Shown here piece after piece: positions 17,146 through 26,628 of a DNA stretch of 45,599 nucleotides (its first letter is position 1; the number at the start of each line of letters is the position of its first letter). Made by a program: the position numbers and the translations under genes. Under the pieces are notes generated by a model. That model had not been told where the DNA came from and searched no databases. It was given only the letters and a program-made list of their open reading frames with translations. The stretch comes from a virus. Its lineage: Duplodnaviria > Caudoviricetes. The stretch is from positions 1 through 45,599 of the IMG/VR virus record IMGVR_UViG_3300022719_000041; one strand, given 5' to 3'.

Positions 17146-17887
17146 AGGGACCTCCGTTCATAAAGTTGGGGTTGTCTGGATCAAGCAACGGCCCGGCGCT
17201 CCTCCGCCGCGCCTGCGGGCCGGCGAGCGGCACCGGGGCATACGGGACGGTGTCGGTCGCGGTATTCGGCGAACCCCACGGCTGATGCGCCTTGTTGCCG
17301 CCCTCGAAGTCCACGCCCCACAAGGCGCGCGGCTCCGCGGCCTCCTGTTCGGCCCGAGTCGAGAAATACTGCCCGGCCGCGCCGACCAGCGCCGGACCCA
17401 TGTTGCCGCCCAGGATGTTTCCGAGCAGGCCGCCTCCGCGGCGTTGCCCACCTGTTCCCGGCGGGCCACCTGCAGCGATATTCCCGGCATAGGGCGCGGC
17501 CCCGGAAATCGGATTCCAGCCGACCTGGTTCAGCCCACCGGCACCCGCACCCGATGCGGCGCTGCCCTTACCGAACATTAGTCCGCCGAGGCTACTTGCG
17601 CCCTGCGCGCCCGTGAAGTTGTTCAGTAGGGTTTGTCCGCCTACCCCGCTGCCAAGACCGACCGTTCCGGCAAGTGATTGTGCGCCTGCCCACATGGTTG
17701 AGCCAATACCTCCGAGAATCCCCTTTGAAGAGATTGCACTGGAGAGCCCGGAAAACCCCAGGCCTGGCGTCGCGAGGCCGGCGGTAAAGGCGACACCCGC
17801 AGCCATGGCAATCGGCTTCCAGTGTTTCTTGACGAACTTGCCGACTTTTTTTAAGCCCTTTTTGACACCTTTGACGATCTTGCTCAT
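17138..17887 (-). CDS. Internal virion / pilot-like protein (249 aa)
   Basis: AAGGAG RBS; MSKIVKGVKKGLKKVGKFVKKHWK amphipathic basic N-terminus followed by a Gly-rich hydrophobic region. Confidence 0.8.
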   Translation of the reverse strand: MSKIVKGVKKGLKKVGKFVKKHWKPIAMAAGVAFTAGLATPGLGFSGLSSAISSKGILGGIGSTMWAGAQSLAGTVGLGSGVGGQTLLNNFTGAQGASSLGGLMFGKGSAASGAGAGGLNQVGWNPISGAAPYAGNIAAGGPPGTGGQRRGGGLLGNILGGNMGPALVGAAGQYFSTRAEQEAAEPRALWGVDFEGGNKAHQPWGSPNTATDTVPYAPVPLAGPQARRRSAGPLLDPDNPNFMNGGPYG

Positions 17888-17906
17888 GAGAATTTCTCCT
17901 TCCTGA

Positions 17907-17938
17907 TACAAAAATCCCGATTTTTCGGGATTTTTGTA
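17907..17938. promoter_or_regulatory. Perfect 14-bp inverted repeat (operator or hairpin)
   Basis: TACAAAAATCCCGA-TTTT-TCGGGATTTTTGTA between divergent genes. Confidence 0.7.
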
Positions 17939-17994
17939 GGAGCGTTCTTTTAGCCAATTTGGCATCATGCTTTCTCGTTCAAACGGAGAGCAAC

Positions 17995-18222
17995 ATGCCA
18001 CCCAAAGCGTTCACCAAAACCGATTCGGACCTGGATCGGCTGATTTCGCAGACACAGTTACGCCGCCTCTTCGGAGAGATCTCCGACATGACGATCTGGC
18101 GCTGGCGCAAAGCAGGGTTGCTGCCGCAGCCAATTGTGATCAATCGTCGGAACTACTACCGGCAATCTGATATTGCCGAGATGCAATCAAGGCTATCCCG
18201 CGAGTCGGACGGTAGCGAGTAG
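17995..18222 (+). CDS. AlpA/excisionase-like HTH protein (75 aa)
   Basis: GGAG RBS; ISDMTIWRWRKAGLLPQPIVINRRNYYRQSDI is a typical AlpA-family signature. Confidence 0.85.
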   Translation: MPPKAFTKTDSDLDRLISQTQLRRLFGEISDMTIWRWRKAGLLPQPIVINRRNYYRQSDIAEMQSRLSRESDGSE

Positions 18223-18270
18223 TTAGGTGTCCGATTGAAAAGCCGAATCAGGTCTTGGGTATTTCCCGTC

Positions 18271-18717
18271 TCATAGGAAACGCTCCTGATACATACCACC
18301 AACGCGCTCAAGCCCCTGACTCCGGAACCATCGGTCTTTCGCCGCGGAGCGATGCTCGGTCTCGGGGTGTGCGGTTGCGTGAAATCGAATCTTGGCGCCC
18401 TTGCCCTGCGCCCACTCGCGAAACGCCTGCAGAAGTTCTGCGCCGCCACCGTGCGCGTAGAACTCAAGGTCCGTGGCGTACAGCGTCCGGCCGTACAGCA
18501 CGGCCCCCACGGTCCCGAACAAAAGGCCGCTGATCTGACCGTCTCGCAAAGCGATCAGCGCCACGTGATCCGACCGCCGCATCATCGTGCGGATCGACCT
18601 TCGGGCCGCAGCGGCCGAGAACGGCGCCCACGACCATTCAGATTCAGCGTGGCTAGCCTGGTAGAAGCGAACCAGCGGCGTGACATCGCCCGGCCGTACC
18701 TCACGGACTTCGATCAT
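18271..18717 (-). CDS. GNAT-family acetyltransferase-like protein in the virion block
   Basis: MIEVREVRPGDV..GGGAELLQAFREWAQGKGA..WFRSQGL. Confidence 0.75.
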   Translation of the reverse strand: MIEVREVRPGDVTPLVRFYQASHAESEWSWAPFSAAAARRSIRTMMRRSDHVALIALRDGQISGLLFGTVGAVLYGRTLYATDLEFYAHGGGAELLQAFREWAQGKGAKIRFHATAHPETEHRSAAKDRWFRSQGLERVGGMYQERFL

Positions 18718-19640
18718 CCGCCAATGCCGGGAATGACCGGCGGCATCGGCGGCATCTGCTGGGCTGCGGGCACGGCACCACCGGACAGCAGCTCCGGCGG
18801 GATTGCGCCCCAGGCGTCGTTGGTGAACCCGGGAAACATCTGGCGGACATTCTCCACGGCCGCCGTCTGCTGCTCAGCCGACAAGTTCGGGTTACTGTAG
18901 ATCGCGTTCACCGAATTCCAGTAGTTGCCGAACGCCTGATTGTAGTTCTGCGAATCGAGCGCCCGATCCGCGCGCCCGGCGTTCCATTGATCCATCTGTT
19001 GCCCATGCCGGAACTGGTCGCGCGCGAGCTGCTGCTGCTGGTCGAACATTGAACCCTGCAGCGCCCGGCTCGCGTTCGCGTTGCGCATGGTGTTCGTCGC
19101 CGACTGGTTCCGGTTCGCGACATCGCCGTAGCGCGCGGCATCGAACTGCGCGATCGGCAGCGCCCGGTCAATCGCCGCACCCATCGCGTTGCCGGCGGCA
19201 ATCGACGAGTTTCCGAGCCCGCGCGCCGAAGCACGCTCCACGCCCATCTGGCGCGCACGGTCCATGTACGGGCTATCCCAGTCCAGCAGGGAATCGAGAT
19301 GGGTTCGCATGAGCTGGTCTTGCTCGACCTGCTGGAGGTCCGCTGATGCACTGTGGTTGCCGACCGGGGAGAAACCGAACCGTGTCCGATCCTGGTACTG
19401 AAACCCCCGGGCAACAGGCTCAGGCTGCGCCTGCCCCTCGATCTGGGGGCCGACCGGCTGCGTTGTTTGCGGCGGCCCTTCGGGCAGGATGTGTCCGTGA
19501 TCGGAGGATCCTACGCCTCCCCGGGGCCGCAAGAACCGCTGCTGGTCGAGCGGAAGATGGTTTTGCTCCCAGAGCCCGTCACGTCGGTTTCCGTTCTCTG
19601 GGTTGATATAGCCTTGTCCAGGCAACAATGGTGCGGGCAT
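18714..19640 (-). CDS. Internal virion / DNA-transfer protein
   Basis: DSPYMDRAR...ARGLGNSSIAAG...ALPIAQFDA motif of podoviral ejection proteins. Confidence 0.75.
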   Translation of the reverse strand: MPAPLLPGQGYINPENGNRRDGLWEQNHLPLDQQRFLRPRGGVGSSDHGHILPEGPPQTTQPVGPQIEGQAQPEPVARGFQYQDRTRFGFSPVGNHSASADLQQVEQDQLMRTHLDSLLDWDSPYMDRARQMGVERASARGLGNSSIAAGNAMGAAIDRALPIAQFDAARYGDVANRNQSATNTMRNANASRALQGSMFDQQQQLARDQFRHGQQMDQWNAGRADRALDSQNYNQAFGNYWNSVNAIYSNPNLSAEQQTAAVENVRQMFPGFTNDAWGAIPPELLSGGAVPAAQQMPPMPPVIPGIGG

Positions 19641-19641
19641 T

Positions 19642-22524
19642 TTATCGCTCCAGTCTGCGTTGACTCAGGGTCGGGAATTCGAGCACCTGAATGGTGTGCG
19701 GGGTTACGTCCTGGGCCTCGATCGCCAGGGAGAAATCCCGGCCACGAGCCTTGTGACGGGTCTTGGCGAATACGGGGCGCTGCTCGTTCAGCGTCGCGGC
19801 TCCGAAATTGGTTGTCCCGTTGTACCCGGACGGCAGCGCGTAATCGACGCCCATCTGCGTCTTGAGCTGCACCAGCCCCTCGGAAATTCCATGGATATGA
19901 ACGGTCGTGACCCGGAGATTTCGCCCCGGCCCGTTCGCGTGAACCGGGTTGTAGACGATCCGCCCGCGGATCAGTTCGCCATCGAAATCCGCGCCGTAGT
20001 GAATCCGGTATACGTAGTTCGATTCCTCGAAAGATGCGAAGGACAGCGCCTCGTTGTCCTCATCGACGCCGCTGGCCACGGCGATGACCTTGAGCGGCGC
20101 TTCGTCGCTGGTCAACCACGGCTTTTGCATGGTCCAGCGCGGCACCTGGTCCTCCAGATACGTCAGGGTCAGCACGTACCCGTCCTCGAACCACAGTCGG
20201 TATTGCGACTTCTTGCGCACGGCCTCGGCCAGAATCGGCCTGATCCCGGAACTGGCATCGGCCTGCAGCCTCGGCAACAGCCAGGGGCGCACCGGCCGCG
20301 AGAGACGCCCGGAGTCGAAGTCGCCGTAACGGTCGCTCGCAGCCAACGTGGAAACGCCCCGGAAATCCGTGAAAATCGGCATGCCGCCGATGTTGTGAAC
20401 CGTGTACTCCAGGGCGCCGGTCTTGTCCGCGATTACCTGCTGGATCGAATCCGCGGAAGTCGCGCCCTGAATACCGAAAATCGAGGTCTCGGTCCACACG
20501 CCCAGCGTCTCGCCGTCCAGGGGCAACATCCCGGTGATGCGTCGGCCGAACCCGACCGAAAACGCGCCGAGCACGCCGTCGAACAGCACGGGTTCTGTGG
20601 CCACCGACAGGTCCGCGTCACCATTTTCGTAGCCGAGCACCAGACGATCCTTGTGCCGACTGACATGCCGGGGCTCGTCCTCGGTGCGCCCGGTACGGAT
20701 CTTGAGCAGGTAGTTGTTGTTGAAAGTGAATGCGAAGTCCGCGCCGGATGCGCCGTACACGGCGGCCAGGCGACCAGCGGCGAAGAAATTGGTCTCGAGC
20801 CAGGTAAACTGGCTTTTCTTGAGCTTCATGCGATCGCGGCTCGGCAACCGAATTGGCGCCAGTGCGCCGTCAAGATCGCACACCACGTCCCCGGCCCCGC
20901 CGGGTTGGGTGTAGACCGTGGCGGTCGACGGGATCAACGCCGGGTTGTCCACCCGGGCCAGGGTCAGCACGCCGGCCGCGTCGTTGCCCGCGAAGCTCCC
21001 GCCGGGGTTGACATGGGTATAGATCGCTCTCGCCTGATAGTCGGTGCCCCCGGCGCGCAGGTAGACCACCGATTCCAGACTGCCCTCGCGCAGATGCACG
21101 ATGCGCCGGACCATGTAGACGCGCACGACGGTCGCCGCATCCGCGCCGGCGGCCGCGAAGCGAACCAGCCACTCGTAGGCCGCGTTCGTGATGTTGTCGC
21201 GCAGTTCGTTGACCGACGAGGCGCCCCAGGTATCGAACTCGCCGCCAAAGGTCAGCGTCGATTTTGTGTCCACCACGGTCCCGGCACCGCGCTTGGCCCC
21301 GGAGTCCGATGCAACCTCGTCGACCGTGATGTCCATCGTGCCCGAAACACGCTCGCAGATCACCTGGATCGTCACCCCGGTCGGTTCGTCCAGAGGGTCT
21401 AGGGAGTCCGTGAAGTCCGCGACCCGGATATGCTCGGTCAGCTCCCCGGCCGTGTTCAGCGTGGCCTCGACGAAACTCGCGTCGTCAGACTGGATGGCGT
21501 CGCGCATCGCCGCATCGTCCTTGTCCCAGTCGGCTCCGCCGGCCTCATCCCAGTACGCGGTATCCGCCGATGCCGACGGCAGCGCGCCCGGCGTTTCGTT
21601 TTCCGCGATCTGCCCGCCGTTGGAGTACACGTCGGACGGCGCATTCTGGCCGTTCTTGAACGCGACCTCATAGGCTTGTTCGATGGTCTCCCAACCCTGT
21701 CCGGTCGAACGAATCAGCACGCCGCGGTTGACGGTCTCGCCGATGTCGGAGATTACCGACAGGCCGGTGCCGGCGAGCACGCCGTTCTCGCTGTAGCCCA
21801 CGACGTTGGCCGCCAATCCGACGGTAACCCCGTCGGACACGCGCTCGATGATGGCGTTGGCGCCGATCTGGGCCGCAGTGTCGATCTCGACCCACACGTC
21901 GGCCACCAGGTCCAACGTGTTCGCCGCGCCGGAAATGACGGTCACACCGCGCACGGTCGCCGTCCAGCCGCTCTGCGGGTCCGTGATCTGGTCGCCGGGC
22001 ACGGGCTCGAGCTCCCCGTTGGTCAGGTCGACCCGGGTATAGGCCACCATGTCCCCGGCAAACACGTCCAGGTCCGGGCCAATCAGCAGTTCGATCAGGT
22101 CCTGCGTCTGGCCCGCGAAACTCGCATTCGCCTCCAACACCCATCCGTTCGGGAATCCGGATGGGGTATCACTGTAGATCTCGACGCGCTGGCCCTGCAC
22201 GGCCAGATTCTCGGCCGGGATCGGCCGGGTGCCGAGCGATACCCGGACGGACTCGACAACGGCATACAGCCAGGACTGATCGTTGGCCCGGTCCGTGAAG
22301 TGCTTGAGCCCGTAGGCCGGGCCTCCCGGTGCCTTGCTGACCAGCGCGCGGTATGCAGACTTGTCGTCCAGGATCGCCTGTCCGTCCCACCGCAGCATGC
22401 CCTCCATCCACGAGTAGCCCTTGCGATAGGCGATCTCATAGTTCAGGCACTCCTGCAGTGAACCCGGTTCCAGCCGGAGCTTGTCTTCGTTGAGCTCCAG
22501 GCCGATCGTGGATGGGACGATCAT
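19642..22524 (-). CDS. Tail nozzle / DNA-stabilisation protein (960 aa)
   Basis: Start MIVPSTIGLELN..LQECLNYE with TGATG coupling; HKDRLVLG and KSQYRLWFEDG motifs; position after the adaptor. Confidence 0.75.
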   Translation of the reverse strand: MIVPSTIGLELNEDKLRLEPGSLQECLNYEIAYRKGYSWMEGMLRWDGQAILDDKSAYRALVSKAPGGPAYGLKHFTDRANDQSWLYAVVESVRVSLGTRPIPAENLAVQGQRVEIYSDTPSGFPNGWVLEANASFAGQTQDLIELLIGPDLDVFAGDMVAYTRVDLTNGELEPVPGDQITDPQSGWTATVRGVTVISGAANTLDLVADVWVEIDTAAQIGANAIIERVSDGVTVGLAANVVGYSENGVLAGTGLSVISDIGETVNRGVLIRSTGQGWETIEQAYEVAFKNGQNAPSDVYSNGGQIAENETPGALPSASADTAYWDEAGGADWDKDDAAMRDAIQSDDASFVEATLNTAGELTEHIRVADFTDSLDPLDEPTGVTIQVICERVSGTMDITVDEVASDSGAKRGAGTVVDTKSTLTFGGEFDTWGASSVNELRDNITNAAYEWLVRFAAAGADAATVVRVYMVRRIVHLREGSLESVVYLRAGGTDYQARAIYTHVNPGGSFAGNDAAGVLTLARVDNPALIPSTATVYTQPGGAGDVVCDLDGALAPIRLPSRDRMKLKKSQFTWLETNFFAAGRLAAVYGASGADFAFTFNNNYLLKIRTGRTEDEPRHVSRHKDRLVLGYENGDADLSVATEPVLFDGVLGAFSVGFGRRITGMLPLDGETLGVWTETSIFGIQGATSADSIQQVIADKTGALEYTVHNIGGMPIFTDFRGVSTLAASDRYGDFDSGRLSRPVRPWLLPRLQADASSGIRPILAEAVRKKSQYRLWFEDGYVLTLTYLEDQVPRWTMQKPWLTSDEAPLKVIAVASGVDEDNEALSFASFEESNYVYRIHYGADFDGELIRGRIVYNPVHANGPGRNLRVTTVHIHGISEGLVQLKTQMGVDYALPSGYNGTTNFGAATLNEQRPVFAKTRHKARGRDFSLAIEAQDVTPHTIQVLEFPTLSQRRLER

Positions 22525-23255
22525 CAGTATCCGTACCCGCCGTAGCCGCCACGGAACTTCGGCTCGTTGATATGGATCGGCGGTAGTTGATCGTTGCGCA
22601 GGTCCATGAGTGACTGATCGAGCTCGAATTGCACCGTTTGCATCCGCTGGACCGACTCGTCGTAGAAAGCGTAGTGCCTGAGCGCCCAATAGAAGATCAC
22701 GTTTTGCAGGTCGGCCGGCATCGCCGGCTCGCACGCGTCCTTGACCTCCATCTTCAACGGACGGCGGATATAGTTGAAATTGAGCTTGTAGGCTTTGTCC
22801 GGTATCGGATAGACGCGAATCTGCTCGTTCGGCAACACCGTGTACTTCTTCGGCCGCCCCTCGGTCGTCGTCGCAAGCCGCTCATCGTAGTAGCCCGCCC
22901 ACTGCCGATACGGCAGAAAGTAGATGGGAATGCGCGATGTGTTCGGGTCACCCTCGACATGGATGTGCGAGTAGTGCCAGGGGTGGAGATAGGGCACCAC
23001 CTTCTTGAACTGGTCGTCGCCGAGATATTGGGCGAGCGGGTAATCGGTGACCCCGCTTTCGACCTCGATCGAGCCCTCGCGCATGCGAAAGCGCCAGTCC
23101 TCGTGCATTTTCTCGATCTCGAAATTGGCGTCGACAATCCAGTCAATCAGGTCAGATACATGGTCATCGGTGACCGATTCGACCGTAGTGATCTGACTGG
23201 GGGAGACCGTGCCGGTCTCCCTCGCCAGTTTCTTCACGAGCTCAAGCAGTGTCAC
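22524..23255 (-). CDS. Head-tail adaptor (tubular protein A-like)
   Basis: GAGGAG RBS with GTG start; TLLELVKKLARETG..GRPKKY..VYPIPDKAY. Confidence 0.8.
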   Translation of the reverse strand: MTLLELVKKLARETGTVSPSQITTVESVTDDHVSDLIDWIVDANFEIEKMHEDWRFRMREGSIEVESGVTDYPLAQYLGDDQFKKVVPYLHPWHYSHIHVEGDPNTSRIPIYFLPYRQWAGYYDERLATTTEGRPKKYTVLPNEQIRVYPIPDKAYKLNFNYIRRPLKMEVKDACEPAMPADLQNVIFYWALRHYAFYDESVQRMQTVQFELDQSLMDLRNDQLPPIHINEPKFRGGYGGYGY

Positions 23256-24064
23256 GCTGCATTCTCCTCGCCAAACAGACCGCCCCCGTCCTCGGAGTCG
23301 ATCAGATCGGGGTCGAACCCGAGCGCGTAGAGGATGATCTCGCGGATCGCCTCGACCTCGGTGCCACGTTCGTAGCGCAGCGACAAACGCCGGCAAATCC
23401 GGGCCAGTTGTGTCCGGTTCCAGCCGGCGAAGAAGTCCGTTGCCTCGGCGATCATCCGGAACTGCTCTTTTTGCGAGCGCGGAAGATCAATCGTCTTCGG
23501 GTCGTCGCCGAAATCCGCGAAGTTGAACCGGTTCTGCTCAGTCTTGTGGTTGATGATCTTCGGCGTGCCCCGGCGATCAGTTGTCCGCTCCTGCTCGATC
23601 TCGATGTACGTCGTGTTCTTCATCATGTTGTAGATCGGGTACGGCACAGACACCTGCACACCCCAGGGCACCATCACCTGATGCCGGCCCCATGTCCACG
23701 GATGAGCCTGCTGGCCCTTCATGGTCTCTGGCCGCGGCACGTTGACCAGGCGCCGCCGCCCTTCCCATTTGCCGTCCGGGCCGAGATTCAGACGCGCCAG
23801 GCGCGCCAGATCCGCCTTGTCGAGTTCCTGCGGCAGTACGTCCTCGAATGGGCGAGCCCCGGGATTCGTCGGGACTTCGACAGCCTCCCCGTCGTCAAGC
23901 CGCATTCCAATTCGTTCAAGCATTCGGTCACGCAGACGCTCGTCCTTGATATTCGGATGGAAGTCGATCTCCATCGCATTCGCAAACGCTTCCAGCTTTT
24001 CGCGATCGCAGTCCTGAAAACGGTTTGCGATGGCTCCAGCCAGGTTCAGAGTCGTGTCATTCAT
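23252..24064 (-). CDS. Post-capsid hypothetical protein
   Basis: 270 aa, AAGGA RBS, coupled to the adaptor gene. Confidence 0.75.
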   Translation of the reverse strand: MNDTTLNLAGAIANRFQDCDREKLEAFANAMEIDFHPNIKDERLRDRMLERIGMRLDDGEAVEVPTNPGARPFEDVLPQELDKADLARLARLNLGPDGKWEGRRRLVNVPRPETMKGQQAHPWTWGRHQVMVPWGVQVSVPYPIYNMMKNTTYIEIEQERTTDRRGTPKIINHKTEQNRFNFADFGDDPKTIDLPRSQKEQFRMIAEATDFFAGWNRTQLARICRRLSLRYERGTEVEAIREIILYALGFDPDLIDSEDGGGLFGEENAA

Positions 24065-24075
24065 GTTCCTTCTCC

Positions 24076-24105
24076 AAAAAAAAGCCCCGGCACATGGCCG
24101 GGGCT
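24076..24105 (-). terminator. Rho-independent terminator after the capsid gene
   Basis: AGCCCCGGC-N5-GCCGGGGCT followed by a T run on the minus strand. Confidence 0.9.
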
Positions 24106-24131
24106 ACTCAGGGTTGAATTGACGCCTGGGA

Positions 24132-25190
24132 TTACAGCGTCAGGTTGGCGGTGGCACCTACTTCGACCCGAACGACCCACGTGTCGTTGAGGATCAATTG
24201 CAGATCCCACCAGTGCGCGACGGTCAGGGTGTTGAGGTTGCCCGGATCGGACTTGTCGGCCTTGTCCAGGATCTCGACCTCGACACCGCCCCATCCATCG
24301 TCGGCATCGCCCTTCAGATCCGCCGCACCAAGCGCGTGCTTGGCACAGATCAGCAGGGGATACACGTCGATCTTGGTACCGCCGGTGGACTTCATGTTGG
24401 TCGTTCCAACATCGGCCCCAGCATCGGCAAATGCCGTGAGCTCCGGGGAGAGCAGCCAGCGAGTGTTCTCGATCGAACCCTTCTCGTGCTTGCTGATCGC
24501 CTTGGCCGAGCCGTACTCGGCGCAGGTCACGAAACCCTCAACCCGACGCAGGTCGGGCAGAACATTCGTGTGACCCAGCCCCAGGTACGACGGCTCAATC
24601 GGCACCGTGCCGTTGAACAGCCCGCCATCGTCGACCTCGGTGAAGAACTCACCCTTGGCGTCGTCGAGCAGGCGAACCGCTTCCTGGATGATGCCCAGGG
24701 TGACCGGCCCGTCCACGTCGGTTCGAGCCGAATGCGCGGGGTTGTTGTAGAGCACGGTCGTGCCGGCAGTCCACTTCGACCAGCCGACGGCGTTGCGGAT
24801 GCGCAACACCTTGTCCTTGATCTGATCCACGGAATTGCGGATGTGATCGTCTTCGGACAATCGGCGGGCACGAGAGGTGACCGCGTAGATTTCCACGCGC
24901 TCCTCGAACGTGCCGGAAACGTCTTCGTAGCTCACGCTCTGCCAATCCGGGTTCACGCCTTCCGTGATCTCGGTCGTGGCCACTGCATCGTTGACCATCC
25001 GGCGCCACGTGGCCTGCTCGGCCTTGTTTTCAGGAACCGGCTTCATGTCCATCACCGGCACGAAGATATCGTCGGCACGCGCGCGCTCCAGGAGCTCGGC
25101 GATGGCGACGGTATTTGTCCGGTTACCCGGACCGGTCGCGGTACCTCCAAATTCATTGGATCCCGCGTAATGTCTTGATTTATCCACCAT
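24132..25190 (-). CDS. Major capsid protein, N4-gp56 family
   Basis: ITEGVNP, GTVPIEPSY...H, EKGSIENTRW, DVYPLL, DKSDPG...LILNDTWVVRVEV. Confidence 0.9.
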   Translation of the reverse strand: MVDKSRHYAGSNEFGGTATGPGNRTNTVAIAELLERARADDIFVPVMDMKPVPENKAEQATWRRMVNDAVATTEITEGVNPDWQSVSYEDVSGTFEERVEIYAVTSRARRLSEDDHIRNSVDQIKDKVLRIRNAVGWSKWTAGTTVLYNNPAHSARTDVDGPVTLGIIQEAVRLLDDAKGEFFTEVDDGGLFNGTVPIEPSYLGLGHTNVLPDLRRVEGFVTCAEYGSAKAISKHEKGSIENTRWLLSPELTAFADAGADVGTTNMKSTGGTKIDVYPLLICAKHALGAADLKGDADDGWGGVEVEILDKADKSDPGNLNTLTVAHWWDLQLILNDTWVVRVEVGATANLTL

Positions 25191-25196
25191 GACGAA

Positions 25197-26444
25197 TTAC
25201 CTCGCTTGTCGTAGTCGCTTTCGTCGTTTCATTTCCTGCCGAAACGCCTCCCGGTCGCTCAACACCGGAGCCGAGCGCCCAGCGCCGGACATTCCGGCGC
25301 CCTGGCTCGGCGGTGCCGGCGGCGGGGGCGTTTGACGGGACGGCTGATGCCCCTGTCGGGGCGGTGGCGTTACAGACTGCGCAGGAACCTCTGTGTTGCC
25401 GGCCTGGCCTTCCTGGCGCTGGTGCGTAGACCCGCCCGCCTCGGCCGGAGCCGGGGTCGGCTGCGGCGGCTGTTCCGCGAAGTAATCGCGCTTGAACGCA
25501 TCGAACACGTCGGCGATGTCCTCGTAGAACGGGCTGCGGATCTTCCGGACCAGTGCCGGGTCGGCCTGTGGGTCATTGACCGCTCGCTGAACCCATTGAT
25601 GGAAAGCCGGGTGCTGCTTCACCGTATCCGCGTCCGGATGGTGAGCCTTCAGCCGGCTCCATTCTGCGTTCGTGCGCTCGGTCTGAGCCTGGGCCAGTTC
25701 CTCCTGAAGCTGCTGGAGTTGCTGATTTGCCTGTTGGAGCGTCGACTCTTTGCCGGAGAACAGCTTTCGCAGTTCTGCGGATTCGTCGGGGAACTCCTCC
25801 GCGACCTCTTTCCAGGCCGCAGACGAATCCAGATCCTCGAGGGACGGATTCGGTTGGTTGCCGCTGCTCGCGTTTTGGAGTTGCCGCTGGAGCTTTTCAT
25901 TCTCCTTGCGCAAGTCCTCGACCAGTCGCTGCGCGGGGGCAACCCGCCCTTGCAGCGCCTGATAAGACTGAAAAATGCTGTTCGCGTACCGGTCGGCCTG
26001 CTGGATGTGCTGTCTCGCTTCTTCCGGCAGATCTTTGAACCAATCTTCTTGCTCGGCCTTCGGCGGCTTTTCCGAAGGCTTGAATTCGCTGTCACCGTCG
26101 ATCCCGAGCTGGCGCTTGTGCGGCGGCGTTTCGTCGCCCTCTCCCGCTTTTTCGCCTTCACCTTCACCCTGGCTTTCACCCTCACCCTCGGCTTCGTGTT
26201 CGGGCTCGTCCTGATCGTCTTCGATCGGCTCCTCACCGGCCGGCCCGAGCGCATGGGGGTCGATGTCCTTGGGATTCTGCTCGGCGCGTTTGCGCGCCAT
26301 GTAGGCAGCAAAGTCCTCGCGGGTCGTTACCTGCTGCTGCTCCGCACCTTCATCGGGTGCCGGCTGTTGCCCTTGTTCCTGTTCCTGCTCCTGTTCCTGT
26401 TCAGGTTCGGTCGAATCGTTCGGGGTCGATGTGTCTTGAGCCAT
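25197..26444 (-). CDS. Scaffolding protein
   Basis: Acidic, coiled-coil, directly upstream of the capsid gene; HPD....HPAFHQWV motif; basic C-terminus. Confidence 0.8.
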   Translation of the reverse strand: MAQDTSTPNDSTEPEQEQEQEQEQGQQPAPDEGAEQQQVTTREDFAAYMARKRAEQNPKDIDPHALGPAGEEPIEDDQDEPEHEAEGEGESQGEGEGEKAGEGDETPPHKRQLGIDGDSEFKPSEKPPKAEQEDWFKDLPEEARQHIQQADRYANSIFQSYQALQGRVAPAQRLVEDLRKENEKLQRQLQNASSGNQPNPSLEDLDSSAAWKEVAEEFPDESAELRKLFSGKESTLQQANQQLQQLQEELAQAQTERTNAEWSRLKAHHPDADTVKQHPAFHQWVQRAVNDPQADPALVRKIRSPFYEDIADVFDAFKRDYFAEQPPQPTPAPAEAGGSTHQRQEGQAGNTEVPAQSVTPPPRQGHQPSRQTPPPPAPPSQGAGMSGAGRSAPVLSDREAFRQEMKRRKRLRQAR

Positions 26445-26625
26445 TTTCTAAAGCCTCTGGGAGTCCGAGAAGTTCTCGAAGTCGTCTGATTTCGGCGCGA
26501 ATTGCGATGGTTTCAGCTTCCGAGAGATCGCGCTCAATATCGTCTCGGAGCTGTTTGAGCTCGGATTCCGCCCACGCGCGAACTGCGCGCCACGCGGACT
26601 CGCGGGTTTCGATCAGGATTGACAT
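26401..26625 (-). CDS. Small hypothetical protein between portal and scaffold
   Basis: 74 aa helical; ETIAIRAEIRRLRELL. Confidence 0.75.
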   Translation of the reverse strand: MSILIETRESAWRAVRAWAESELKQLRDDIERDLSEAETIAIRAEIRRLRELLGLPEALENGSRHIDPERFDRT

Positions 26626-26628
26626 GGG

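Noticed and set aside
19660-22461. 580-aa and 343-aa plus-strand ORFs
   Set aside because: Antisense shadows of the nozzle gene
26365-26405. (EQ)n microsatellite in the scaffold gene as a phase-variation site
   Set aside because: Hexamer units are in frame and imperfect; ordinary low-complexity linker
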